A stretch of 64,000 nucleotides of DNA from Pseudomonadota bacterium. GTDB lineage: Bacteria; Pseudomonadota; Alphaproteobacteria; Rhizobiales; Xanthobacteraceae. Positions 55,750 through 64,000 of the stretch are shown here, in pieces. The DNA lies in the NCBI GenBank assembly GCA_023386635.1, contig JAEWJH010000110.1:20044-84043 (forward strand), in the 5' to 3' direction. The position numbers and the translations under genes are program-made. Each line of letters opens with the position of its first letter. Position 1 is the stretch's first letter. The notes under the pieces were generated by a model. The model was not told the origin of the DNA, ran no database searches, and saw only the letters and a list, made by a program, of their open reading frames with translations.

Positions 55750-56328
55750 GTGCGACTGCTTTTCGGCTCGCTGTTCATGCTCGCGATTGCCGCGCTCGCG
55801 GGCCTCGGCGCGACCTGGCTGTCGCTGACGCGGCACATCGCGTTCGGCGGGCTGACCATCGGCGCGTGGACCGCATGGCCGAAAGCAGGCACCGCCGATG
55901 CCGATCCTTATGCGCGCGCCAACATCGCCCGTACCGGCCAACTTCCGACCGGCCTCGGCGACGGCGTCGCCTTCCTGGCGCAGAGCGACGACAGCGGCAA
56001 ACCGCTTGACGGCCGCTGCACGGTGACGCTTACCGGCACCACGCCGGCAGCGCGATTCTGGACGCTGACGCTCTACAATCCCGAAGGCAAACTCGTCGCC
56101 AACACGCTAAACCGCTATGGCTTCACCAGTCAGGAGATCGTGCGGGAGGCCAACGGCGAGTTCATCATCACAGTCACGTCGCGCGCCGTGAGCGGCAACT
56201 GGCTGCCGACCGGCGGCGCCGGCCGCTACCAGCTGCTGCTGCGGCTCTACGATACGCCGGTCGGCGTCGCCACCCGCGCCGGCCGCGAAGCGCCGATGCC
56301 GCGCGTCGAAGCGAAGGACTGCCCATGA
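55750..56328 (+). CDS. DUF1214-like membrane-anchored protein
   Basis: N-terminal TM segment and an RFWTLTLYNPEG-type motif. Translationally coupled (ATGA) to the next gene. Confidence 0.6.
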   Translation: MRLLFGSLFMLAIAALAGLGATWLSLTRHIAFGGLTIGAWTAWPKAGTADADPYARANIARTGQLPTGLGDGVAFLAQSDDSGKPLDGRCTVTLTGTTPAARFWTLTLYNPEGKLVANTLNRYGFTSQEIVREANGEFIITVTSRAVSGNWLPTGGAGRYQLLLRLYDTPVGVATRAGREAPMPRVEAKDCP

Positions 56329-56870
56329 TCCGCTGGCTGCTCCTCCTGTTCGGCGGTCTGGTGCTGGGCGGCATCGTCCATCTCGCCACCATCATGATGG
56401 TGCCGCGTACGGCGACCCAGGATGCCTATGCCCGCCTCTCGCCGGTCGCGCCGGTGAACGCGATCGCCCAGATCGACGCGCCGCAGCCGGACAAGGCGCT
56501 GCTCACCTATATGGACCCTGCCTTCGCGCTGGCGGTCTGCCGCTACGATCTTTCCGGCGGTTCGCTGAAGTTCAGCGTCCCGGTCAGCCAGGCCTATACC
56601 TCGGTGACGTTCTATTCGCGCTACGACGTCGCCTACTACGCGATCAACGATCGCGCCGCCGGCCGTCGCGTGATCGAGCTTGACCTGATGACGCCGGAGC
56701 AGCGCGCGCAAATTCCCGAGGACGAGGACGTCACCGCCGCCGACCGGCTGATCGTCGAGACGCCGACGGTGACAGGGCTGATCGCGGTACGCGCGCTGGC
56801 GCCGGAGCCGGGCCTGATGGCGATGGCCCGCGCGTCGCTCACCGCGGCGAAGTGCAATCTGGTGAAGTGA
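56325..56870 (+). CDS. DUF1254-like membrane-anchored protein
   Basis: N-terminal TM segment (LLLLFGGLVLGGIVHLATIMMVP). Paired with the DUF1214-like gene, as is commonly seen. Confidence 0.5.
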   Translation: MIRWLLLLFGGLVLGGIVHLATIMMVPRTATQDAYARLSPVAPVNAIAQIDAPQPDKALLTYMDPAFALAVCRYDLSGGSLKFSVPVSQAYTSVTFYSRYDVAYYAINDRAAGRRVIELDLMTPEQRAQIPEDEDVTAADRLIVETPTVTGLIAVRALAPEPGLMAMARASLTAAKCNLVK

Positions 56871-56871
56871 T

Positions 56872-57660
56872 CTACTTGCTGACCGGGAAGTAGCGCACCC
56901 GCGCCACCGGCGCGAACGACTGTCCGCGCGCGTCGATCGCAGCGCGCAGCGACCGCAATCCGGTTTCGACTTCCACCGCCAGCGGCGACGGCGTCATCAC
57001 CACCAGCCGCTCCAGCGCGTAACGATAGCCGACGAAGCGGTCGTTGAGCGACTGCGTCACCCATGCGACGATATTGTTGTTCTCGCGGATGCGCGCGAGT
57101 GCGCCGGTGCGTTCCGGCGGCGGCGAGCGGGTGAAATCGAGCGCGCGCTTGCGCTTCTCGTCGATCGTGCTCACCCGCGTCGCGGTCTCGTAAAACGCCG
57201 GCAGCCGCGTAAGGTCGTTGCGGATATCCTCGATCAGCTTCTGGTAGCGCGCGGTCGGCGAGCGATAGCCCTCGCCCAGCAGTTTTTCGGCATAGGCCTC
57301 GCGCGGCATCCGGTTGTCGCGGCTATAGCCGCGCATCCCGTATTCGCCGAGCACGCTGTCCCAGTGCTTGCGGTCGTAGGGCGGCTCGATCAGCGGATAG
57401 CCGAGGTCGCGCAGCAGGCGCTCGTCGTCGGTGAACTGAAAATGCGAAACCTGGATGCTGCCGGTCACGTCGCGGGTATCGACGGCGGCCGAGCCCATCC
57501 AGTCATGGATATCGTCGCGCACCAGCGAGGGGCGCACTTCGCCGAAATTACCCTGGGTGCAGGCGGTGAGCAGCGATCCCGCGATCAGCGCCGAAGCTGC
57601 GGCCAGGGCTGTGCGACAACCTGCAGCGCGGCAGCGCGTGACGCGCGTGCGGGATGCCAT
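56872..57660 (-). CDS. conserved hypothetical lipoprotein
   Basis: Signal peptide with the lipobox LLTAC. Start at ATG 57660. Confidence 0.6.
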   Translation of the reverse strand: MASRTRVTRCRAAGCRTALAAASALIAGSLLTACTQGNFGEVRPSLVRDDIHDWMGSAAVDTRDVTGSIQVSHFQFTDDERLLRDLGYPLIEPPYDRKHWDSVLGEYGMRGYSRDNRMPREAYAEKLLGEGYRSPTARYQKLIEDIRNDLTRLPAFYETATRVSTIDEKRKRALDFTRSPPPERTGALARIRENNNIVAWVTQSLNDRFVGYRYALERLVVMTPSPLAVEVETGLRSLRAAIDARGQSFAPVARVRYFPVSK

Positions 57661-57670
57661 CGGGTGACGA

Positions 57671-57865
57671 TCAGCGCGCAGCGCGCCGGCGACGACGGCG
57701 GCCGGACGTGTTGCCAGCGGTCGGCGCCAGTCCATTATCCGGATCGTCCGCCATCCGCTCGATGCGGACGACCGGCAGGATCACCACGGTCGCAGATACG
57801 GTATCGCTGCGGCGTTTTGCCGACGCCGGCCGCGCTCCTTCCGGAAACTGGATTATCTGGCCCAT
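57671..57865 (-). CDS. small hypothetical protein (64 aa, Arg-rich tail)
   Basis: ATG 57865 (MGQIIQFPEG...) with moderately high GC3. A CtrA-like box lies about 75 nt upstream. Confidence 0.35.
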   Translation of the reverse strand: MGQIIQFPEGARPASAKRRSDTVSATVVILPVVRIERMADDPDNGLAPTAGNTSGRRRRRRAAR

Positions 57866-57937
57866 ACAAGCCCCCACTCCATGCGCGTCCCACGTGCAAT
57901 CCCGGGATCGCGCCCGTGCGATTAAGCGGCGACAGGG

Positions 57938-57952
57938 TTAACGGTCCGTTAA
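57938..57952. promoter_or_regulatory. perfect CtrA-box consensus TTAA-N7-TTAA
   Basis: TTAACGGTCCGTTAA, read directly, in the divergent intergenic region 57866..58113. Confidence 0.5.
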
Positions 57953-58052
57953 ACCCACAGGCTCCTGCCGCATTATCCCATGCGGTGTGGCGCAATCGAC
58001 GGCGTAGGCTCTCCACTATAATCTTATGGGTTTCGTTTCGGAATCCGTTACC

Positions 58053-58068
58053 TTAACCGTCCGCTAAC
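58053..58068. promoter_or_regulatory. near-consensus CtrA-like box TTAA-N7-CTAAC
   Basis: TTAACCGTCCGCTAAC. Its spacer closely matches that of the first box (CGGTCCG versus CCGTCCG). About 45 nt upstream of ATG 58114. Confidence 0.4.
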
Positions 58069-58113
58069 ACGGCAAAGCTAGGGTGACGCTCATCTTTGTA
58101 CGCGTGGCGTAGC

Positions 58114-59151
58114 ATGAGCATTCCCACTCCCCCCGGTCTCGAAAGCCTGGTCGATCTCGCCTGTCGTGACGGCGTCGACATACGGCCGACGCTGCTGCGT
58201 GTTCTGACCGACCTCTATGTGCAAAAGCTTGTGCATACGAGCGAGGAAGAGAACCATTACGTCGCGCTGGCGCAGCGGCTGATCGAAACCGTCGACGAAG
58301 CAACCCGCACGCTGGTCGTGGTGCGGCTGTCTGCTTATCCCAATCCGCCGCAGGCGATGCGGCCCTATCTCGGTCTTGCTGCGCCCAATCCCGCTGCACC
58401 CAATCTGGCCGCGCCCGATCTGGCCGCGCTGCCGAAGGCCGGCGATGCACCGGCAACCGTGCCGAATGATGATTTTGAAGACCCCGATCTGTTCGAGCCG
58501 CTCGTCGAAGCTGCCCCGCAGCCGGCGACACCCGCGCTTGCAGCGCCCGTCACCGCCGGCGAGCTCGCCGAGCTGTTCTTTGGCGCGACACCGCAGGAGC
58601 GCCGTCTCGTCCTGATCCATCTCGACACCATCGCCGGGACCGACATTCAACCGGTGAACGGACAGGCGGACATCGTCCGCCGTCTGGAAACCGCGGCGCT
58701 GCGCCACGACCGGACGGCCTTTGCACACGAACTGACCGGGGCGCTCGCCCTCGCACCCGCCTTGGCGCAACGCATCGTCGACGACCCGACCGGCGAACCG
58801 CTGCTGGTGGTTGCCCGCGTGCTGCGGATGCCGGCATCGGTGTTGCAGCGGGTGATGCTGTTCCTCAATCCGACGGTCGGTCATTCGGTGCAGCGGGTCT
58901 ACGAACTCGCCGCGCTCTACGGCGAGATCAGCGAACCGGCGGCGCATCACCTGCTGTGGATCTGGCAGGAAGCGCAGAAGCAGCAGCGCGCGCCGCTGCA
59001 GCCGGTGTTGCACGAGACCGTACTGTGGAACGATACCGAGACCCGCGCGCGCCGCGCCGCCGCGCCGCAGCCGCACACGCAGAAGCCGACCACCGACGCG
59101 CGCAACCTGCTCACTGACTTCCCGCCGCCGTCGCGGATCGGCGCGGCGTAG
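58114..59151 (+). CDS. DUF2336-like protein
   Basis: N-terminal LVDLACRDGVDIRPTLLRVLTDLYVQ resembles DUF2336 family starts, with a central Pro/Ala-rich linker. Confidence 0.6.
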   Translation: MSIPTPPGLESLVDLACRDGVDIRPTLLRVLTDLYVQKLVHTSEEENHYVALAQRLIETVDEATRTLVVVRLSAYPNPPQAMRPYLGLAAPNPAAPNLAAPDLAALPKAGDAPATVPNDDFEDPDLFEPLVEAAPQPATPALAAPVTAGELAELFFGATPQERRLVLIHLDTIAGTDIQPVNGQADIVRRLETAALRHDRTAFAHELTGALALAPALAQRIVDDPTGEPLLVVARVLRMPASVLQRVMLFLNPTVGHSVQRVYELAALYGEISEPAAHHLLWIWQEAQKQQRAPLQPVLHETVLWNDTETRARRAAAPQPHTQKPTTDARNLLTDFPPPSRIGAA

Positions 59152-59168
59152 AATCGGATTCTCCGTTC

Positions 59169-59225
59169 GTCCCCGCGAAAGCGGGACACCAGTCTTAAGC
59201 CAAAGAACTGGATTCCCAGCACAGC
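59169..59225. repeat. REP-like hairpin element (family C)
   Basis: Core CCCCGCGAAAGCGGG. An inverted relative, CCCCGCTTTTCGCGGGG, lies at 62531..62547. Confidence 0.6.
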
Positions 59226-59300
59226 GCGTCGAAGAGGCGCGTGAAGGCGCTTATGCGCGGGAACGAATGGAGGAGAGAGCGCCGCAGCGTCCGATTTCGG

Positions 59301-59651
59301 CTAATCGACCACTGTGTCGAGGAACGAGCGGCCGGCGCGGTCCTCGACCTCGACGATCCAAACATCGGGATCGAACTTGATCTCGCGCGCGAGCGCCGCT
59401 TCCACGTCAACCTCGGTCGCCGGCGATTTGCTGCCGACCGTCGCGGTGAACGCGCGATCCATCGGTCGCGCCTCGTCGAACGCCGACTGCGACGCAGGCG
59501 CATAGAGCACGGCGCTTCCGTCGAGCCGCGACACCTTGATGAAAATCGAGCCCGCCTCCTCCGCGCCGCGCCGGCGCAGCACGGCGGCGACACCCTCGCT
59601 TTGACAGCGGCGAAGATAGGCGGCGACCCACAGGGCGGATTTCAGACGCAT
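59301..59651 (-). CDS. DUF1491 family protein
   Basis: MRLKSALWVAAYLRRCQSEGVAAVLRRRGAEEAGSIFIKV is the characteristic DUF1491 N-terminus. Confidence 0.75.
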   Translation of the reverse strand: MRLKSALWVAAYLRRCQSEGVAAVLRRRGAEEAGSIFIKVSRLDGSAVLYAPASQSAFDEARPMDRAFTATVGSKSPATEVDVEAALAREIKFDPDVWIVEVEDRAGRSFLDTVVD

Positions 59652-59686
59652 GGCGACCGCATCGCACGGCCGCGCGCTGGTGACAA

Positions 59687-60559
59687 CTATTCGATCGTTC
59701 GGCCCGTGACGACGGCGAGCTCGCGCAGCATCTGGTCGGAGAGCTTGCCGGTGACCGGCAGCTTGCGGTCCCGCTCGAAGCGCTCGATCGCCGCTTGCGT
59801 TTCCGGACCCATCGAGCCGGTCGGCTTGATCTGGCCATAGCCGAAATCGGTGAGCGCGCGCTGGACCGCCATCAGGCGGTTCGACCCTTGCGGCGGCGCG
59901 GTGACCGGTGCCGTGGCCACTGCCGGGATCTCGACCGGCGGCTTCGGAGTCGTGGTGATCAGGTCGCCGATCGGATCGCCGGCCCGGTCACGACGTCCGG
60001 TGGTCTCGTGCTTGCGCGCGACCACCGAGGATTTCGCGACGATGCGGAGCACATCCTCGCTCGCTTCCGGCGTCAGGCGGATACCGGCGGCCGTCGCGAA
60101 ATCGCGCAGCGCCATATCCGTCCGTGCGCCCCAGATGCCGTCGACCGCGCCGTCATAGAATCCCTTGTGCGACAGTTCGCGCTGCAGATCGGTGATGATG
60201 TCGCCGCGGTTGCGCGGCGCGGCGGCCGGAGACGGCGCAGGAACCGGAACCGGCACGCTCGCAACAGGCGCTGGCGCGACGACGGGCTGCACCGGTGCCG
60301 GCGCGATGATGCGCGGGCGCGGCGCGGACGGCTCCGCCACCTGAACAGTGACGCCCTGCGGCTTGCGGCCGAAGATCGGCGCGGGATGCTGGCCCGCCTG
60401 CATGAAGAGCGCGTTTGAAACGATCGTCCCCACCGCCAGCATCGCCATGAGGGTCGCGACGCTCTGGCGCGGATAATGCATCAGCACCGCCAGCGCCAGG
60501 GCACCGGTCGACGGCCGCTCGGGTCCGGCTTTGGCGGATCGTTTCGTTCGTTTAGGCAC
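59687..60559 (-). CDS. peptidoglycan-binding (PG_binding_1 x2) membrane-anchored protein
   Basis: Two copies of the LQRELSHKGFYDGAVDGIWGARTDMALRDF / VQRALTDFGYGQIKPTGSMGPETQAAIERF motif, plus an N-terminal TM segment. Confidence 0.8.
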   Translation of the reverse strand: MPKRTKRSAKAGPERPSTGALALAVLMHYPRQSVATLMAMLAVGTIVSNALFMQAGQHPAPIFGRKPQGVTVQVAEPSAPRPRIIAPAPVQPVVAPAPVASVPVPVPAPSPAAAPRNRGDIITDLQRELSHKGFYDGAVDGIWGARTDMALRDFATAAGIRLTPEASEDVLRIVAKSSVVARKHETTGRRDRAGDPIGDLITTTPKPPVEIPAVATAPVTAPPQGSNRLMAVQRALTDFGYGQIKPTGSMGPETQAAIERFERDRKLPVTGKLSDQMLRELAVVTGRTIE

Positions 60560-62411
60560 GCTTCCTCACTTGCACTGTCGTTGCATCCGGCACGGCGTCC
60601 TCAACGGCGTGACCGAGAGATGGTTGATCTGCGCGCGCGACGCGCGCTTGTGAAATCGGGATCGGCGTGACGCCGTTGCGGTGCGCCTCGCAGTCGAGCG
60701 GCAGCCGCACCGTGACGCAGGTCCCCTCGCCGAGCCGGCTGCGGATGGCGATATCGCCGCCGTGCAACTCGACCAAGCCCTTGACGATCGACAGGCCGAG
60801 CCCCGATCCCGCGTGGCGCCGGTCATAGGTGCTCTTGGCCTGGAAGAACACTTCTCCGAGGCGCGGCAGATCCTCATTGCTGATGCCGATGCCGCCATCC
60901 TCCACCGTGATGACGATGTGACGGCGCTCCTGCAACGCGCTGACCACGACGCAGCCGTCGCGATTGCTGAACTTGATGGCGTTGGAAATGAGATTGATCA
61001 GCACCTGATTGATCGCGCGCTTGTCGGCGACGATGTCGGGCAGCGCCGTCGCGACCCGCGCCTTCAGCTCGACGCCGGCTTCACGCGCTTTCAGGCTGAG
61101 GATGTCGCAGCAGTTCGCGATCACCGGCCCGGGCGCGAAGCTCTCCGGCGCGATCTCGAAATTGCCGGACTCCATCTTCGACATATCGAGGACGCCGTTG
61201 ACCACCGCCAGCAGGTGCAGGCCGGATTCGTTGATCAGCCGCGCATAGTCGTCCCGCTGGGCGGCGGCGAGTTGCAGTTCGTCGGCCTTCATCAGCATGT
61301 CGGAGAAGCCGATGATGGCATTGAGCGGCGTGCGCAGCTCGTGGCTCATGGTGGCAAGGAAACGGCTCTTGCCGGCATTGGCGCGCTCGAGCGCGATGCG
61401 GGTCGCCTCGAATGCCTGCTCCTGCGCCTTGCGCGGACCGATGTCGCGCAGCACCGAGACCACTTCGCGCTCATTGATGCCGGTGTCGGCGCCGGCCTGG
61501 CTATCGACCGGACGACAGCGCATCTCGACCCAGACGTAAATCGGCGGCCCATCCGCGTCCGGCGCATCGCGTCGAATGCGGAATTCGAGCGACTGCTCGA
61601 TCCGGCTTTGCGCCGCCTTGGCGATCGCCGTGAGATAAGCCGGGCGATCCGCCACGTGCACGCGCTGGAACAGGCCCTGGCCGAGCAGCTTGCGCGCCGC
61701 CGCGCCGATCAGCGGCTCCGCCGCCGGCGAGATGAACTGCACCGACCCGTCGCGCGCGTGGCGCGCGATCACGTCGGTCATGTTGCGCGCGAGCAGACGA
61801 TAGCGGTCTTCTTCCGCGTAGAGCAGCCAGAAGCTCATGCGCGCCAGCGATTCCGCGCCGAGCGCAATGCCGGTGGCATAGAGCGCGGCGGACACGATGC
61901 CGAACGCGGCGAGCGTACCGCCGACATTATGATCGGCTGGCGGCAACAGGCCGAACCCGGTGAGCAACAACAGCAGGCCGGCGGCGCCGAGCGCCACCGA
62001 GGACGCCATGGCCACCACGCGGCGCGACGCCGACAGCGCCGCTTCGAGCGGCACGACGACGAGCCAGATCGCCGCGAAAGACGTAATGCCGCCGGTGCGC
62101 CACGCCACCACCATCACCAGTCCGGTGAGCGCCAGCGACGACAGCACATGCGCGCTTTCATAGCGGCCCGTGCGCGAGAGGAAGTAGCCGAGCAGAATCG
62201 GTGCGATCAGCCAGGCGAAGACGATGAATTCGAGCCAGTCCGGCACGCCGCGCACGACAAGATAAAGCGGCAGCGCGGCGAGCGCGGCAAAGCCGCCGAG
62301 CAGACGCGGCGCGATGAAGGCGCGATGCCGTGCCGCGGTCAAGGCATCGGACCGGGCCGATGGATGAACCAGCGCATCGATATGGTTGCGCAGCGACGCG
62401 ACAAAACGCAC
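60552..62411 (-). CDS. multi-TM PAS sensor histidine kinase (PleC/DivJ-type HisKA)
   Basis: About 6 TM segments and a PAS region. H-box FLATMSHELRTPLNAIIGFSD, N-box LISNAIKFS, G-box GSGLGLSIVKGLV. Confidence 0.85.
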   Translation of the reverse strand: MRFVASLRNHIDALVHPSARSDALTAARHRAFIAPRLLGGFAALAALPLYLVVRGVPDWLEFIVFAWLIAPILLGYFLSRTGRYESAHVLSSLALTGLVMVVAWRTGGITSFAAIWLVVVPLEAALSASRRVVAMASSVALGAAGLLLLLTGFGLLPPADHNVGGTLAAFGIVSAALYATGIALGAESLARMSFWLLYAEEDRYRLLARNMTDVIARHARDGSVQFISPAAEPLIGAAARKLLGQGLFQRVHVADRPAYLTAIAKAAQSRIEQSLEFRIRRDAPDADGPPIYVWVEMRCRPVDSQAGADTGINEREVVSVLRDIGPRKAQEQAFEATRIALERANAGKSRFLATMSHELRTPLNAIIGFSDMLMKADELQLAAAQRDDYARLINESGLHLLAVVNGVLDMSKMESGNFEIAPESFAPGPVIANCCDILSLKAREAGVELKARVATALPDIVADKRAINQVLINLISNAIKFSNRDGCVVVSALQERRHIVITVEDGGIGISNEDLPRLGEVFFQAKSTYDRRHAGSGLGLSIVKGLVELHGGDIAIRSRLGEGTCVTVRLPLDCEAHRNGVTPIPISQARVARADQPSLGHAVEDAVPDATTVQVRKRA

Positions 62412-62479
62412 GGTTCGTCTGCGACCGGGCCCCGCCGGCCGCCTCCCCTTGTTATGGAGCGATCCTACCGAGACGCGAC

Positions 62480-62494
62480 TTAAGCGAACGCTAA
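62480..62494. promoter_or_regulatory. near-consensus CtrA-like box TTAA-N7-CTAA upstream of the kinase gene
   Basis: TTAAGCGAACGCTAA lies about 70 nt upstream of the minus-strand start at 62411. Confidence 0.3.
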
Positions 62495-62679
62495 GGGAAC
62501 CGGCCGCGCGGCGTCCGCACGCGACGCGATCCCCGCTTTTCGCGGGGTATGCGGGCCTATTTGGCGGTCATGGTGAAGTTTGTGTTGCGGAATCCCGCAT
62601 GGTGAACGGTTCGTTGCCGCGGGAACAACACAGGCGGCACCTTTCTCAGCGCGCTATCGCAAGGCTCGCGGGACATTCG

Positions 62680-62716
62680 TTCAAATTTGAAACAAATCCC
62701 GACAATTCAAATTTGA
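62680..62716. promoter_or_regulatory. two copies of the palindrome TTCAAATTTGA(A) spaced 26 bp apart
   Basis: TTCAAATTTGAA at 62680..62691 and TTCAAATTTGA at 62706..62716, in an AT-richer 440-bp intergenic region. Confidence 0.45.
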
Positions 62717-62852
62717 CGAAAACCCAAATCGAAACTGGCGAAAATCCCGCGCAAGAATTGAACCGCGGCTTCAATCGCCCCTGTTACGGTCCACCCTGTG
62801 ACGAGCCGGAATGGGAAGCCTGCTTGTCGGACGTTTGGGACAGGGGACCACC

Positions 62853-63317
62853 ATGTTTTTCCTCGTGCGCGTGGCATTCTGGCTGGGGCTGGTCTGCGTG
62901 CTGCTGCCCGGCAGCGGCAGCAAGTCAGGCCCTGAGCTGAGTTCGGTCGACACGCTCAAGGCGGTTTCCGCCGCAGGCGCAACGGTCGCCGATATGCGCA
63001 ACTTCTGCGATCGCCAGGCCGAGGCCTGCGCCGTCGGCGGTCAGGTCGCCGAGGTGCTGGGGCATCGCGCCCAGGAAGGCGCCAAGACCATCGTCGAATT
63101 CATCAGCCAGCAGATGGCCGACCAGGCGACCGGCAGCGCGCGTAAATCCGAGACGCACAAGGCGAGCGCGCAGAACACTTTGAACACCGCGGACACCCTG
63201 CCCGCGTGGAACGGCACCGCGAACAGCCGCGCGCCGGAGATTTCGGCCCCGGCGACGGTTCCGCTGCCCCCGGTGCGGCCGCGCCGCGAGGCCAGTGCCG
63301 GGCGCCCGGCCGCCTGA
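62853..63317 (+). CDS. DUF5330-like small membrane/secreted protein
   Basis: MFFLVRVAFWLGLVCVLLPGS N-terminus and a conserved FCDRQAEAC region. Start at ATG 62853. Confidence 0.6.
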   Translation: MFFLVRVAFWLGLVCVLLPGSGSKSGPELSSVDTLKAVSAAGATVADMRNFCDRQAEACAVGGQVAEVLGHRAQEGAKTIVEFISQQMADQATGSARKSETHKASAQNTLNTADTLPAWNGTANSRAPEISAPATVPLPPVRPRREASAGRPAA

Positions 63318-63411
63318 GCAGGGCAGATCCCGCCCGAAAGGCGTGCGCGAGCCTGCCTCAGGCTATATATGAGCCCTGTGAGGGCGCGCTTCGCCCGGCA
63401 GTGGTCAGACG

Positions 63412-63837
63412 ATGACGATCGACGAGATTATCGACAATTTTGCCGTGCTCGATGAGTGGGACGACCGTTACCGCTACGTCATCGAACTTGGCCGCATGCT
63501 CGACCCGATGCCGGACAGCGATCACGTCGAGGCCAACAAGGTGCAGGGCTGCACCAGCCAGGTGTGGATGACGACGCAGGTCGGCCGTAACGCGGCCGGC
63601 GAGCCGGTCCTCAGCTTCAAGGGCGACAGCGACGCCCATATCGTCCGCGGCCTGATCGCGATCCTGCTGACGATCTTGTCCGGCAAGCCCGCGCGCGAGA
63701 TCGTCGCGACCGATGCGCTCGCGCTGTTCGACAAAATGGGCCTGCGCGCGCATCTGACGCCGCAGCGCTCCAACGGTCTGCGCTCCATGGTCGAGCGCGC
63801 GCAGAACGATGCCCGCGCCGCGCTCGCGCCGGCCTGA
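63412..63837 (+). CDS. sufE: SufE-family cysteine desulfuration protein
   Basis: FAVLDEWDDRYRYVIELG...VQGCTSQVW (active-site Cys)...SDAHIVRGL is the SufE pattern. Confidence 0.9.
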   Translation: MTIDEIIDNFAVLDEWDDRYRYVIELGRMLDPMPDSDHVEANKVQGCTSQVWMTTQVGRNAAGEPVLSFKGDSDAHIVRGLIAILLTILSGKPAREIVATDALALFDKMGLRAHLTPQRSNGLRSMVERAQNDARAALAPA

Positions 63838-63846
63838 TTCCAGCGC

Positions 63847-64000
63847 CTAGGATGATTGCTCCGCGAACCAGGTGCGCACCGACGCCTGCGCGCGGCCGGT
63901 CGCCTCACCTTCATATCCATAATGACGCGCCAGCCGGTCGAGGCCGAGTTGCAGGATGACCTTGCCCGAGCGCGCCGGCCAGCCGCGCTCGCGCTCCACA
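63847..64000 (-). CDS. hypothetical protein, C-terminal fragment (gene continues beyond window)
   Basis: My own minus-strand translation ...VERERGWPARSGKVILQLGLDRLARHYGYEGEATGRAQASVRTWFAEQSS ends at TAG 63847-63849. High GC3. Confidence 0.4.
   Translation of the reverse strand, partial: VERERGWPARSGKVILQLGLDRLARHYGYEGEATGRAQASVRTWFAEQSS

Overview
GC-rich alphaproteobacterial chromosome. The gene content and the REP-like palindromic elements look Bradyrhizobiaceae/Nitrobacteraceae-like, but that is inference, not a database hit. Most of the window is housekeeping: GST, three PleC/DivJ-type sensor kinases, dusA, ogt, a LysR-controlled TctC/SDR/amidohydrolase cassette, a CDF transporter, pepN, glnE, two OmpR-type two-component pairs, degP, the ccmIEFH cytochrome c maturation operon, a class A PBP and sufE. 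Two accessory segments stand out. (1) About 33.0-44.3 kb is a GTA/prophage-derived region. It holds a head-packaging module in RcGTA g1-g7 order: g1-like, large terminase, portal, prohead protease, HK97 capsid, gp6 connector and a truncated adaptor. A 2.1-kb block of non-phage genes (bactofilin, S1 peptidase, small ORFs) interrupts it. It ends at a visibly lower-GC islet with two convergent orphan SAM-methyltransferases. Beyond the islet lies a GH108 endolysin plus 3TM-holin lysis cassette. No tail, integrase or repressor genes are present. (2) About 49.9-53.2 kb is a toxin-antitoxin islet. It carries RES/Xre(ParS-MbcA-like) with a 14-bp x4 tandem repeat in the antitoxin-toxin spacer, and HicAB. 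I recognised no rRNA, tRNA, CRISPR array, transposase or integrase. Many very long ORFs in the track are antisense mirror frames typical of high-GC DNA and were rejected. Start codons are often uncertain because the track also uses GTG/TTG starts.
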